DNA of 54,981 nt from Clostridia bacterium (lineage in GTDB: Bacteria; Bacillota; Clostridia; UMGS1883): NCBI GenBank assembly GCA_045615705.1, contig JAZLFH010000053.1:1-54981 (forward strand), in the 5' to 3' direction. The position numbers and the translations under genes are program-made. Below are positions 8,171 to 18,494 of the stretch, piece after piece. Positions within the stretch are counted from its first letter, which is position 1. The number at the start of each line of letters is the position of its first letter. The notes under the pieces are model-generated. The model saw only the letters and a program-made list of their open reading frames with translations, was not told the DNA's origin and did no database searches.

Positions 8171-8590
8171 TCAATCGTTAATATTCGTTTTTCTGAAAAT
8201 TATTAATTTCGAGGCAACATAATTAATTGCAATTACTAAAATATTTGAAATTAACTTCCACAAATCCGCATTTTGATTCAGTTTGTCTACCGCTATCCAC
8301 ATAATTAAAACATCTAATATTCCCGTGAATACTCGTGCGGAAAAAAACGATACTGCCTCTTTAAGAACTACTTCTCTTTTGAATGACTTACTGTTGAAAA
8401 CCCATAATTTGTTTGTTATAAATGCAAAAAGGATAGACACAACCAATGCAATGCAAGTTGACGGCACATTCGGAATTTTCAATACTCCGTAGAGAGCCTT
8501 GTAAGATACAATATTAACAACCGTTGTCAACACACCGAAAAAGGCATAAGGAATAATGTCTTTGTATTTTTCTATAAGTTTTTTAATCAT
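8171..8590 (-). CDS. GtrA family membrane protein
   Basis: 139 aa, four TM helices, N-terminal FFGVLTTVVNIVSY pattern typical of GtrA-like proteins. Confidence 0.7.
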   Translation of the reverse strand: MIKKLIEKYKDIIPYAFFGVLTTVVNIVSYKALYGVLKIPNVPSTCIALVVSILFAFITNKLWVFNSKSFKREVVLKEAVSFFSARVFTGILDVLIMWIAVDKLNQNADLWKLISNILVIAINYVASKLIIFRKTNIND

Positions 8591-8593
8591 AAC

Positions 8594-8848
8594 TTACTCC
8601 TTTTTCCAACGCTTTAATTCAGGAAAAGTCCTTTTGCAAAGTTCTCTCATTTCGTCATTTGTCATTCCTGCCTGAGAGCCGAATTGAGAACACATCTCGA
8701 TAAATTCTTCCATCGTTACATTTTGCAAAAATTCGCCTTTATCATAGCAGTACTTACAGTAATCCTCGTTAATGCTTCCGTCCTTGTTCGTGCCTAATAA
8801 ATCATCCTTTGACATTGGCATTGCACAACTTTGACAAAATCTTTCCAT
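8594..8848 (-). CDS. zinc-ribbon domain protein
   Basis: CQSCAMPM...YCKYCY: two CxxC pairs in an 84-aa protein. Confidence 0.6.
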   Translation of the reverse strand: MERFCQSCAMPMSKDDLLGTNKDGSINEDYCKYCYDKGEFLQNVTMEEFIEMCSQFGSQAGMTNDEMRELCKRTFPELKRWKKE

Positions 8849-8898
8849 TTCGCATTCCTCCTTTTACGCTTCTATTCATAAAAAGTTTCATCTAACTT

Positions 8899-9315
8899 TT
8901 ATATCATATCACCGGCATAATCTTTTTTAGGCAAGTTTTCAAAATCGTATGTCTTGATTTCATCAATTGAAATGTTAGCCCTTGCACTTTCAAATATCAT
9001 AAGGTTTGCCTTTTCTCCGAGGTGTACGGCAACAAGTGGCTTTTTTAAACCGTAAGTGTATCCGCATTCCCACGCCGTACCCGAATCACTGTAATTGCCG
9101 TCATATAGTGCAACCGTGATGTCGGCCTCTTGTATTGCATTAATGTCCATTTTAAAAACAGTTTCCGCCCAGCCCTTAGTATATTTTTCTTCTCTGTTTT
9201 CGTGTTCTCTCGGAGAATATACCTCATATCCACGCTGTCTTAGTAATTTTTCTGCCTTGGACACGAATTCTATTTCTTTTTCGTTAAAAAACGGCGATGC
9301 TAAGTAAACTTTCAT
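8899..9315 (-). CDS. nucleoside 2-deoxyribosyltransferase family protein
   Basis: MKVYLASPFFNEKE N-terminus and SGTAWECGY motif. Confidence 0.75.
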   Translation of the reverse strand: MKVYLASPFFNEKEIEFVSKAEKLLRQRGYEVYSPREHENREEKYTKGWAETVFKMDINAIQEADITVALYDGNYSDSGTAWECGYTYGLKKPLVAVHLGEKANLMIFESARANISIDEIKTYDFENLPKKDYAGDMI

Positions 9316-9355
9316 TTTCTTTCTCCTTTTAAGACTGTTTTTTGTTTTTATTTGA

Positions 9356-10093
9356 TTAAAAGTTTTTCAACATATCAAGCACAAAACTCTGACAACTTTC
9401 TGCCGTTTCAGACAAGAAACTGTCGTTTTCGTGAAGTTCGTTATTGCTTATAACCCGTATTTCAATCATCGGCACATCAAATGCACTGCAAATCTGTGCA
9501 ACACCGATTCCCTCCATTGCCTCACAATCTGTGCCTTTGGTTTTGTGATAAAACTCAATAAGATCGGCTTCCTTGTTCCACACATCGCCGCACCCAACTG
9601 TGCCTACCGCTACTTTTCCTTTATCGTACGGAACTTTTTTTGCAAGGTTTACAAGTTCTTTGTCGCAGAAAAAAGCATTTGAAAAATTTAAACTGTCGTC
9701 TTTCTTTGAATAAGACTGTACTCCGAATTCTTCCCATTCAAAAGGATTTGTTCCCTCGCCAATTTTTCGTTTCGGAGATATGATACTGCTCAAAGGTACT
9801 ATTTTTTCGGCAATAATTATGTCGTTTATATTATATGAAAAATCATGTGCCCCGGAAGTTCCCTGTAAAATGATACATCTCGGAGAATAGTGTTCTATTG
9901 CATAAGCGGTACACACTGCCGCATTGACACATCCGACCAGACACCTTATTAAAACGACCGGCAATTCTCTTATTTTGCCCTCGTATATAATGTATCCTCC
10001 GATATGTCTTTCTCGTATTTTGGATAACTTCGACAGAAGCAGTTGGATTTCGCAATCCATCGGGCATAAAATAACAACATTTTCGTTTTTCAT
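9356..10093 (-). CDS. MTA/SAH nucleosidase-like (PNP_UDP_1 family) protein
   Basis: Family pattern: VVILCPMDCE near the N-terminus, and DCEAMEG/VAQIC near the C-terminus. The ATG at 10093 has an AAGGA RBS. A GTG at 10114 is possible. Confidence 0.6.
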   Translation of the reverse strand: MKNENVVILCPMDCEIQLLLSKLSKIRERHIGGYIIYEGKIRELPVVLIRCLVGCVNAAVCTAYAIEHYSPRCIILQGTSGAHDFSYNINDIIIAEKIVPLSSIISPKRKIGEGTNPFEWEEFGVQSYSKKDDSLNFSNAFFCDKELVNLAKKVPYDKGKVAVGTVGCGDVWNKEADLIEFYHKTKGTDCEAMEGIGVAQICSAFDVPMIEIRVISNNELHENDSFLSETAESCQSFVLDMLKNF

Positions 10094-10110
10094 ATCAGAT
10101 GTTCCTTTAT

Positions 10111-11409
10111 TCACTTCTCTATTTCGCCGAGAATTCTCTGACGGGACTTTTCACATTCAAAGATAACCTTTTCAATATCAATTGTCGGGTATTCCCCGTC
10201 ACGGTAAAGCACCTTGCCGTCAACCATAGTAAGCACAACATCTGTACCCTGTGCCGAATAGACAAGGTTATTTAAAAGATTATACACCGGATTCATATAT
10301 ACTTTATCAATGTCAAAAACCGTTATATCTGCCTTGAATCCTTCTTTTATAAGTCCGCAGTCTTGTCTGCCCTGTCCGAGTGCTCCCGCACGAGTTGCAG
10401 CATAAAGCGTTTCTTTCGGTGTAATAATTGTCGGGTCGTGATTTATACCTTTCTGTAAAAGGTTAAAGAATCTCATTTCTTCAATCATATTCAAATTATT
10501 ATTACTTGCCACACTATCTGTCCCGATTCCGACATTTAACCCCGCAGTTATCATTTTTGAAACCTTGGATACACCGCTTGCAAGTTTCAGATTGCTTTTC
10601 GGATTTGCAGCAACGGAAACTTTCTTTTCTTTAAGAATTTCGATGTCATCGTCATCTACATAAACACAATGTGCCGCTATTGTCGGAACATCAAACACCC
10701 CACATTCGTAAAGATATTTTACAGGGCTTTTCCCACCGTGGCGTTCCCGACACTGCTCAACTTCCGATAAAGTTTCAGAAACATGGATATGCATGGACGA
10801 ACCGGTTTTTTTTGCGGTATCCGCCATTTCTCTGACAACCCTTTCCGTGGTAGTGTATTCGGAATGAAGTGAAAACTCCACACGAAGCCTGCCGTTATCA
10901 GCATTGTCAAATTCAGCGATGCTGTCGAGTACTTCTTTGTACTGAGGCATATCATAATAACTTGTCTCAGGATCAAAACAACTCACACTTCGTGATACAT
11001 TGCCTTTTGCTCCTGTTTCAATAAACGCCCGGCAAAGCGTTTTTGGGGAAAAGTACATTTCCGCTGATGAACCGATACCAAAACGAAGCATTTCTGCAAT
11101 TCCCATAACTGTCGCAAAATACATATCTTCACCTGTAAGTCCCGCTTCAAAAGGAAAAATCTTATTGTTCAGCCAATCCATCAGCGACAAGTTTTCTCCG
11201 TATCCACGCATTAAATACATTGGCAAATGACTGTGAAGATTGTAAAACGCCGGTATCAAAAGTTTATTCTCTCCATTATAAATTTCGCCAAAGTCTTCCT
11301 GTGGCATCTTATCGCCTATATAGGCGATTATCCCGTCTTTTACTCCGATGTTTTGGTGTTGTTTTACATCAAAATTTTCATCAACAATTGTGATATTTTT
11401 AAACAGCAT
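10111..11409 (-). CDS. mtaD: amidohydrolase, 5-methylthioadenosine/S-adenosylhomocysteine deaminase-like
   Basis: HSHLPMYLMRG metal-binding motif, HVSET, GTDS. 432 aa. Confidence 0.8.
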   Translation of the reverse strand: MLFKNITIVDENFDVKQHQNIGVKDGIIAYIGDKMPQEDFGEIYNGENKLLIPAFYNLHSHLPMYLMRGYGENLSLMDWLNNKIFPFEAGLTGEDMYFATVMGIAEMLRFGIGSSAEMYFSPKTLCRAFIETGAKGNVSRSVSCFDPETSYYDMPQYKEVLDSIAEFDNADNGRLRVEFSLHSEYTTTERVVREMADTAKKTGSSMHIHVSETLSEVEQCRERHGGKSPVKYLYECGVFDVPTIAAHCVYVDDDDIEILKEKKVSVAANPKSNLKLASGVSKVSKMITAGLNVGIGTDSVASNNNLNMIEEMRFFNLLQKGINHDPTIITPKETLYAATRAGALGQGRQDCGLIKEGFKADITVFDIDKVYMNPVYNLLNNLVYSAQGTDVVLTMVDGKVLYRDGEYPTIDIEKVIFECEKSRQRILGEIEK

Positions 11410-11645
11410 TTTTTAATTACTCCCTCATTAACTATTTTTAAAAAGCACTCTGATATTATATGTTATTATAACATACCTTCTTTTGATATGTCAAATTTTA
11501 ACACGCTCAACAGTATGTAAAAAACAGAATTTTAACTTAAACGGTTCAAATCACTTATTCGTTAGAAAAAATGAACTTTTGCAATTAATAATTGTTTGAA
11601 TCTTATAAGTAACGAGTTATCCGTAAAATTATCCTTTTATTTAAA

Positions 11646-11770
11646 CCTTACTTTTCATATTCACTATTACTTTTTACTTTCCAAAAATCCTCGTTTCTAG
11701 ACATTTTAAGTAAAAGTGAAGAAGAAATCGTGCATAAGTAAAATCCCCGTTCTTGCGAACGAGGATTTTT
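11646..11770 (-). repeat. tRNA-linked repeat, tRNA-less copy (serves as terminator of the 208-aa membrane gene)
   Basis: The 88-nt block 11683-11770 differs from 23729-23817 by one substitution and one 1-nt indel. It contains the hairpin GATTTT..AAAATCCTCGTTCGCAAGAACGGGGATTTT on the minus strand. Confidence 0.8.
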
Positions 11771-11846
11771 ACAAATCGTGGACAATATAGATATTGAGTT
11801 ATTATAGGGCAATAGAACCGTCCTCTTGTCTTTAAAGATATTCCGA

Positions 11847-12473
11847 TCAGAATTTGAAGATTTTCTTGCTCTTTTGGCGTTCCTCTTCCGTCCAAGTGCC
11901 GGACGCCATTGCCGCAGATCTTCTTGCTTTATACTTCTGAATTCTTGCTTCCACACAGGTAATCATCGTGACGAGACTCAAAAAGCCTATGCTTGAAAGT
12001 ATATTATAGTATTGACCGCCATTGAATAACTGCGCTATCATCTCTGCAAACTGCCAGATAATTGCAACAATCAGCATAATTTGGCTGGCAAGGATAATCT
12101 GCTTATCACCTTTGTGGTCAATCTGCAAAAGTATATGATTAATAAACAAAATTGTGTAAAATACCGTTAAGAAAGCTCCCAATGTCACGATGCCGGAGCT
12201 TCCCAATTCATATGTTCCGGACAGCATTGTCCAATTTGCGTACATCACAATACCGAGGACGGCTCCGATGAGTGCTTTTTGTGCCGAGGTCTCTCCCTTT
12301 TTATAGCAGAGCAATATGAGTGCGGGCAGAAACGCAAAAATCAGATATTGCGCAATCAGCGGAGCGTGATTTATAGCACTGATTACCACAAGTGCCAGAT
12401 TAACAATAACGCTGATTATTCCGCTGATAATCATTAATTTTGATTTCGTAAAGATGTCTTCAAACCATTTCAT
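11847..12473 (-). CDS. hypothetical integral membrane protein (208 aa)
   Basis: Five to six hydrophobic helices and a basic C-terminal tail. No family recognised. Confidence 0.55.
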   Translation of the reverse strand: MKWFEDIFTKSKLMIISGIISVIVNLALVVISAINHAPLIAQYLIFAFLPALILLCYKKGETSAQKALIGAVLGIVMYANWTMLSGTYELGSSGIVTLGAFLTVFYTILFINHILLQIDHKGDKQIILASQIMLIVAIIWQFAEMIAQLFNGGQYYNILSSIGFLSLVTMITCVEARIQKYKARRSAAMASGTWTEEERQKSKKIFKF

Positions 12474-12610
12474 ACAAAAAACTCCTTATTTGTTATTTTA
12501 TTTGCACTGTTTGTGCTGAAATGTATCAACTCTCTTGTATTGTACAAAAGTTTGAAATATTTGTCAAGGAATTTGAATTTTCGTCAGTGTAAGTTTTTTC
12601 CAAAGAAAAA

Positions 12611-12718
12611 GCAGTAACCGAAACATTTATCAATTACTGCTTTTTTATATTTCAAAACAAAATCGCTTGCGATTTTTACCTTACTTCTTCCCTCTTACAT
12701 ATTACTTTTTACTTTCCA
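12611..12718 (-). repeat. distal half of a tRNA-linked repeat split by the island
   Basis: Matches the reverse complement of 26645-26752 (third hairpin GCAGTAA..TTACTGC, hairpin AAAATCGC..GCGATTTT, ATTACTTTTTACTTTCC). The similarity stops at CA (12717-12718). Confidence 0.75.
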
Positions 12719-12857
12719 TGCTTATGTCAAGTAAAGACCAAAAAATAATTATTATTTTTTTAACTATGTTATAGCTTTGGTTATCATCTTGCATCACCTC
12801 CTTTAGATTAATTATTAATTTGTATTATTATTTTCTAATAATTCGTAATATTTTTCT

Positions 12858-14465
12858 TTAACATCGGATATTTTTAAGTCTTTCAAACACGTTTTGATAC
12901 CTAAAAACAATCTTTATTTTTTTATTACTTGATATATAAATCTTATCAACCAGCATAACAAGTAATTTGTGTGTCAATTCTTTCACATCGCTATCAACCG
13001 ATATAACGTTAATCCCATCAGCGTATTCTTCCGCTTCTTTACTTGTTGATTCTCTTTCTTCTAACATTCTTTCGACAGAAATTTGTTCTTTCTGTATTTC
13101 TTCTTCATAGATAGCTCTGAAATCAGCAAAATCATCTCGTGATATTATTCCATTGCAATAACTTTGATGTGTAAGAAGCAAGTCTTTCTTTTTGTTTTTT
13201 ATTGCTTCTTGCTTATCGAAAATGATTTTATCCAAATTAAAATCAGAATCTATTTTAACACTATTATTAATAATTCTATGTGATAAATTATCAGGACCTG
13301 CAACAAGTTTGATTTGCGTATTGATTGCATTTAAAATGATTTTATACAAATCTGATTCTTTAATATTATGACTTGAACATGTTCCGTACTTTTTCTGCGT
13401 ACCACATCGATAATATATGTATTTTTTATCCTTATACTTTGATATTCTTCTAACCATAGTATTTTTACACTCTTCACAGAACAACATACCGGAAAAAACA
13501 TTTGATTCGGACTGTCTGTTTGTATTTCTCGTATCACGACTTAATATTTCATTTGCAATTTGAAAAAGTTCATTAGATATAATTGGCGGATGAGAATTGC
13601 ACACCCTCACCCATTGCTTTTTATCTTTATTGACGATAGTCTTAACTTTATAACTATCTGTTGTTCTCTTTCCTTGCACCAATGTTCCGGTATATATTTC
13701 ATTTTTAATAATTCGCATAACCGTTTGTGCAGACCACTTTGCTTTATCGCCTTTTGAATTAAAACCGTTATGATTTATTCCGATGCTTCTTTTATAGTCT
13801 GATGGAGATAATATTCCGAGATAATTCAGTTTATCCGCAATTCCATATGAACTAATTCCCTCTGTAACCCAAAGGAAAATTGATTTTATATTATCAGCAA
13901 CATTTTCGTCTATCATTATTTTATTTTTGTTTTCAGGAGATTTCATATATCCATAAACAACAAATGCACCAGTATACTCCCCGTTTTTTCGTTTGGTTTC
14001 TAAGTTGCTCCTTATCTTTGCTGATATATCACTTAAATACATATCATTAACAATGCTCTTAAATGTAAAAACCAATTCATCTTTAACCGATGAACAATAT
14101 AAGGAATCATAATTATCGTTTACGGCAATTAATCTCACTCCCCATTTAGGGAACAGATTCATTACATAAATTCCCGAGCCTATATAGTCCCTTGAAAATC
14201 TTGATAAATCTTTTACTATTATGCAATTAACCTTTTTAGACTTTATTGCTTGAATAAGCTTGATAAACCCCGGTCTTTCAAAGTTGCTACCGCTATACCC
14301 ATCATCAATCATCTCGTCTACAATTTCAATATCATCACGCACCGAAACATATTCATCTATCAATGATCTTTGATTAGAAAAACTATTGCTTTCAATTTTA
14401 TCATTACAATCTTTTGACAGTCTCAAATATCGGGCAGCATGATACTTTACTTTTCTGCAACACAT
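12858..14465 (-). CDS. large serine recombinase (535 aa)
   Basis: N-terminal resolvase motif AARYLRLSKD...SNQRSLI, a recombinase domain, a Cys-rich zinc-ribbon (CEECK...CGTQKKYGTCSSH) and a C-terminal coiled coil. Confidence 0.85.
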   Translation of the reverse strand: MCCRKVKYHAARYLRLSKDCNDKIESNSFSNQRSLIDEYVSVRDDIEIVDEMIDDGYSGSNFERPGFIKLIQAIKSKKVNCIIVKDLSRFSRDYIGSGIYVMNLFPKWGVRLIAVNDNYDSLYCSSVKDELVFTFKSIVNDMYLSDISAKIRSNLETKRKNGEYTGAFVVYGYMKSPENKNKIMIDENVADNIKSIFLWVTEGISSYGIADKLNYLGILSPSDYKRSIGINHNGFNSKGDKAKWSAQTVMRIIKNEIYTGTLVQGKRTTDSYKVKTIVNKDKKQWVRVCNSHPPIISNELFQIANEILSRDTRNTNRQSESNVFSGMLFCEECKNTMVRRISKYKDKKYIYYRCGTQKKYGTCSSHNIKESDLYKIILNAINTQIKLVAGPDNLSHRIINNSVKIDSDFNLDKIIFDKQEAIKNKKKDLLLTHQSYCNGIISRDDFADFRAIYEEEIQKEQISVERMLEERESTSKEAEEYADGINVISVDSDVKELTHKLLVMLVDKIYISSNKKIKIVFRYQNVFERLKNIRC

Positions 14466-14592
14466 ATTCCCTTACCTCCTTTGATTTTGATTTCAACCTC
14501 TAAAATTTCAAACCCATTATCATATGGTTAATATTCAATTATATGGTCAATTGCAACATATAAATATATAACAAAACTTTTAAGCCTATTGT

Positions 14593-17358
14593 TCAAGTAA
14601 TAATAACAATATTACTTCCACCGCTCTTTTCTTTTTTTACTACTATTTGTTTTTCAATTCTATCTTTAAGTTCGCTTACATGAGAAATTATTCCGACAAG
14701 TCTGTTACCATCAGCAAGAGAAGAAAGTGCCTTAATCGCCTGTGCCAAAGATTCATCATCCAAAGAACCAAAGCCTTCATCAACAAACATTGTATCAAGT
14801 TTTATTCCGCCTGCAGATGACTGGATTTCATCAGACAAGCCAAGTGCAAGAGAAAGAGATGCTTTAAATGATTCACCACCGGACAAGGTTTTTACGCTTC
14901 TTTCGGTACCGTTATAGTGATCGATTACATCAAGTTCAAGACCGCTTTGACTGCGATTGTTTTCGGCTTCTTTTCTGCGTTTTAATTCATACTGACCGCC
15001 TGACATAACCATAAATCTTGTGTTAGCACGATTTATAATTCGGTCAAAGTAGGTCATCTGAATATATGTTTCCAGCATAACCTTTTCCTTTCCGCTCAAG
15101 TTACCGTTTGCAGTATTGGAAAGTGCTTTCATCCATGTCCATTTTTCTTCAACGCTTTTGATTTCATCAAGTTTTTGCAGAATACTATCAAGAGAAAATT
15201 TATTGGAAGTTTTGCGACTATGTACTTCTTTTGACTTTGCATCAAGCTCTGCCTGTTTTTCCTCAAACAGTTGTTTATTTTCTTTCTCGTTTTCTAAATC
15301 AACATCAGTACCGCTACCTATATGCTTCAGAATTTCTTCTTTAGCAGATTTTAGTGATGCAAGCTTTTCTTTATTTTCATTTACAGCCTTCAAAGCTTCA
15401 TCATAAGATTTTTGAATTTCTTCGGATTCTTTGTTTAAGGCTGTTATTTGATTTTCAGCCTCTGTTTTTGTTTCAAAAGTCAGTTTTTTTGTAAGCTCTG
15501 CAATGCGTTTTCCTAAAGCTTCATTTTTAATAGCTTTTGCTTTGACCTCATCCTTGAGTTCGCTTAGTTCCTTCTTTTCTTTTTCAAGAGCAGCGGACTT
15601 CTCAGGTATAAGGTCATCAAGTTCTTCTTTACGTTCGATTTTAGCCTGAGCTTTGTTCAGCTTCTTCTCGATATCGTCCATCAAAGTATCTATCTCCGAT
15701 ACTTTTACCACAATGACGGATTTAGCGTCATCCAATGATGCATCGCCTAAAAGCGATGATATTTCTTTTTTTACATTTTCTTCTTTTTCATCTGATGCGC
15801 CTTTTAATTTGCCTGCTTCAACTCTCGCATTATTTGCAACAGTATTTGCTTCGTTAAGCTTAACCTGCAAATTGTCAAGTTCTTCTTTTGTAGGAACATC
15901 CGCAGGTTTTGTTGCTAATTTAGGATGCGAGGTTGAGCCGCATACGGGGCAGGGTTTGTTCATTTCTAATGTTTCTGCCAGGATTCCTGCCTGTGCCTCA
16001 AGGTAAATTCTTGTTTTTTCTTTTAGCTCAGCATCCAGCAATTCTGCGTTTTTCTGCTTTTGCGTATAGTCTCCTGTCACTTTCTCATATTTACTGCGTT
16101 GTTCCTTTGCATCATCAATATCGTTATTAAGCTTTTCTAATTTTTCTTTTTCTTCCTGCTGGTTTTTCTTTTCAGCTTCAATCTTCAGCTTTTCTTCACC
16201 GATTTTTTCAAGAGCTTTGTTTTCCTCCGTAAGTGCGGTTATTTCCTCAGAAAGAACTTTTATTTCATCCTCTGCTTTTTCTATATTGTTGCTGCTTCCA
16301 TCGATAAAAATCTTATTCCTGTTAAACAAATTCCATTTTTCGGAAAGTTCATCATAATCAGGCAAAAGAGCCTTTGTTTCTGCCGCTTTTTCCGTGAATT
16401 TCTTAATTTCAAGTAATTTTTCTTTCGCAGTTTCGAGTTTTTTACTTAATCCGGTTTCCTTTTCAGATTCTGTTTTAAAATCGGATTCGTTTTTCTCAAG
16501 GTCAGTTTTGGCTCTGACGATGTCTTCTGCCTTAGTTATACGAGCCTTTATATCGTCCAATTCCTTTTGCAGCTTTTCCTTTTCTTCTAAAATTGTTTTT
16601 TCGGATTTTTCATCGTCCGCTATCAGTTGTTCTAAAAGCTCTACAATTTCTTCTGTAGTCAGTTCACCATTTTTGGCATTAAAAACTTCGGTAAAGCAAG
16701 CATTATCCTCATCACACACAATGCCGTTTATGTATTGTTCAATACTGCTTTTAATTGCATCATATTCGCGGCTGAGATTTCCCGATTCCGATTTCAATTT
16801 TTCCTGCAGAACATAATAGCTTTGTGTCTTAAAAAGTTTTTGGAATATTTTCTTTCGCTCATCAGTAGAAGCTAACAGCAGTTTAAGAAAATCACCCTGA
16901 GCTATCATAGCAATTTGCGTGAATTGGTTTCTGTCAATACCTATTATTTCAACAACAGCATTATTAACTTCTTTTAGTTTTGTAACTACTCTTCCGTTTG
17001 GAAAGTGCAGTTCAGCATTGGCTTTTTCCGATGTATAGCCTTCGCCTCTTGATTTTGGACGCTCATACTCAGGATTCCTTTTAATATAATATTCTTTATC
17101 ATTACAAGTAAAACATAATTCCACTTCTGTGGGAGTTTCAGGCACTGCATACTTTGATCGGAACATGGACGATTCTCTTGTTTGTCCGCTTGCTTCTCCA
17201 AAAAGAGCAAAGGTAATTGCATCAAATATGGTAGTTTTTCCCGCACCTGTATCACCGGTTATCAGGTAAAGACCATTTTGTCCAAGCCTATCAAGTTCGA
17301 GAGTTATTTTTCCGGCATAGGGTCCAAAAGCAGACATTATAAGTTTATTTGGTCTCAT
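14593..17358 (-). CDS. sbcC: SbcC/Rad50-like SMC-type ATPase with zinc hook (921 aa)
   Basis: Walker A GDTGAGKTT, CPVCG hook within a long Lys/Glu coiled coil, signature LSGGESFKASLSLALGLS, Walker B DTMFVDEGFGSLD, H-loop ISHV. The ATG overlaps the sbcD-like stop as ATGA. Confidence 0.9.
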   Translation of the reverse strand: MRPNKLIMSAFGPYAGKITLELDRLGQNGLYLITGDTGAGKTTIFDAITFALFGEASGQTRESSMFRSKYAVPETPTEVELCFTCNDKEYYIKRNPEYERPKSRGEGYTSEKANAELHFPNGRVVTKLKEVNNAVVEIIGIDRNQFTQIAMIAQGDFLKLLLASTDERKKIFQKLFKTQSYYVLQEKLKSESGNLSREYDAIKSSIEQYINGIVCDEDNACFTEVFNAKNGELTTEEIVELLEQLIADDEKSEKTILEEKEKLQKELDDIKARITKAEDIVRAKTDLEKNESDFKTESEKETGLSKKLETAKEKLLEIKKFTEKAAETKALLPDYDELSEKWNLFNRNKIFIDGSSNNIEKAEDEIKVLSEEITALTEENKALEKIGEEKLKIEAEKKNQQEEKEKLEKLNNDIDDAKEQRSKYEKVTGDYTQKQKNAELLDAELKEKTRIYLEAQAGILAETLEMNKPCPVCGSTSHPKLATKPADVPTKEELDNLQVKLNEANTVANNARVEAGKLKGASDEKEENVKKEISSLLGDASLDDAKSVIVVKVSEIDTLMDDIEKKLNKAQAKIERKEELDDLIPEKSAALEKEKKELSELKDEVKAKAIKNEALGKRIAELTKKLTFETKTEAENQITALNKESEEIQKSYDEALKAVNENKEKLASLKSAKEEILKHIGSGTDVDLENEKENKQLFEEKQAELDAKSKEVHSRKTSNKFSLDSILQKLDEIKSVEEKWTWMKALSNTANGNLSGKEKVMLETYIQMTYFDRIINRANTRFMVMSGGQYELKRRKEAENNRSQSGLELDVIDHYNGTERSVKTLSGGESFKASLSLALGLSDEIQSSAGGIKLDTMFVDEGFGSLDDESLAQAIKALSSLADGNRLVGIISHVSELKDRIEKQIVVKKEKSGGSNIVIIT

Positions 17359-18494
17359 ATTTCTCCCTCCCATATTTCTTCAATAAGCTTTTTCATAAAA
17401 TCACTTTGCTTATAATTCATAGGTTGATTATTTTGCTTTTCATAAAATTCTGAAAAATGTTCATACGGAGATTTTTTCTCCACATTATCTGCACCGTCAA
17501 TAGAATTCATATCCCTTGTACGGAGATTATCATAATCAAGTTTCATAAGGTTATGATAAACAGTTCGAAGCTTACCTATTGCATCAGGAATATCATCTTC
17601 ATCCGTAAGTGTAATATGAACATAATCCTCCTGCAACGTAGTTTTTTTATAATAATCCCGAAGCATAATTTCATCATATTTACCTTTTATTTCTACCATA
17701 TCACGGAGTGGCTTTAACGGAACCGTTTTTACTGAAAGTTTGCCCTTTTCATAAAGTTCAACTCCCGTAACACTCTTATTATCCTTCGATTCCGAAAAAG
17801 AATATTTAAGCGGTGTTCCGGAATATCTCACTTTTTCGGATTTGCAATTCTGCGGACGGTGAATATGACCGAGTGCGGTATAGTCAAACACATCAAAAAC
17901 AGACACATCAACATTATCTGCTCCCCCAACGGATATTTCCTCCGACTCTGTTCGTTCCGCTCCCGTTACAAATTGATGAGTTATCATGATATTTCGTTCG
18001 TTTGAATCTATATTAAAATTTTCAACAGCAACACGCACAGCATCCGAATATGAATTAATTTCAACATCTTCGTTAAATTTGCGAATATGAACCGGCTTTA
18101 CAAATGGAAGCATCCAAATGTTTATTTTGCCGTATTCATCTTCTAATGTCACAGGACATATATTTCCATCATAAACCGGCGACATATATATTTTGCTTGC
18201 TTCCATAAGTTTTCCTCCGAAAGCAATACGTTCAGGTGAGTCATGATTACCGCTGATTACAAAAACATATACATTCCTTTTTGATAACTTTACTAAAAAA
18301 TTATCAAAAAGTGCTACCGCTTCTGCTGACGGAACTGATTTGTCATACACATCACCTGCTATAATTACCCCATCCGGCTTTTGTTCATCTATGATATTTA
18401 TTATTTGATTTAGTATGTATTCCTGATCCTCAAGCATTGAGTATTCATTTACTCTTTTTCCTATATGAAGATCTGATAAATGTATAAATTTCAT
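17355..18494 (-). CDS. sbcD: SbcD/Mre11-like metallophosphoesterase nuclease subunit (379 aa)
   Basis: Motifs HLSDLHIG, GDVYD, GNHD and GHIH. ATGA overlaps with both neighbouring genes. Confidence 0.9.
   Translation of the reverse strand: MKFIHLSDLHIGKRVNEYSMLEDQEYILNQIINIIDEQKPDGVIIAGDVYDKSVPSAEAVALFDNFLVKLSKRNVYVFVISGNHDSPERIAFGGKLMEASKIYMSPVYDGNICPVTLEDEYGKINIWMLPFVKPVHIRKFNEDVEINSYSDAVRVAVENFNIDSNERNIMITHQFVTGAERTESEEISVGGADNVDVSVFDVFDYTALGHIHRPQNCKSEKVRYSGTPLKYSFSESKDNKSVTGVELYEKGKLSVKTVPLKPLRDMVEIKGKYDEIMLRDYYKKTTLQEDYVHITLTDEDDIPDAIGKLRTVYHNLMKLDYDNLRTRDMNSIDGADNVEKKSPYEHFSEFYEKQNNQPMNYKQSDFMKKLIEEIWEGEI

Noticed and set aside
11648-11956. ORFs 11648-11956 and 11674-11895, plus the similar 23728-23946, sharing the ILVRKNGDF...SSSLLLKMSRNEDF peptide
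   Set aside because: The shared peptide is simply the translated tRNA-linked repeat. One ORF runs through tRNA-Leu and the others through the terminator hairpin and the 3' end of a real gene.
15116-16816. Ser/Phe-rich plus-strand ORFs inside the sbcC-like gene (15116-15406, 15653-16006, 16394-16816)
   Set aside because: They are the antisense translation of a Lys/Glu-rich coiled-coil region (AAA/GAA codons read as TTT/TTC), which gives long stop-free Ser/Phe/Leu frames. They have no independent start signals.
14593-18494. Interpretation as the ordinary housekeeping sbcDC operon
   Set aside because: I did not adopt this as the primary reading. The genes sit inside an insertion that splits a repeat, are flanked by two serine recombinases, and are translationally fused to an AbiE pair and an extra TerB_N-like gene. 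It cannot be excluded without knowing whether another sbcDC exists in the genome.
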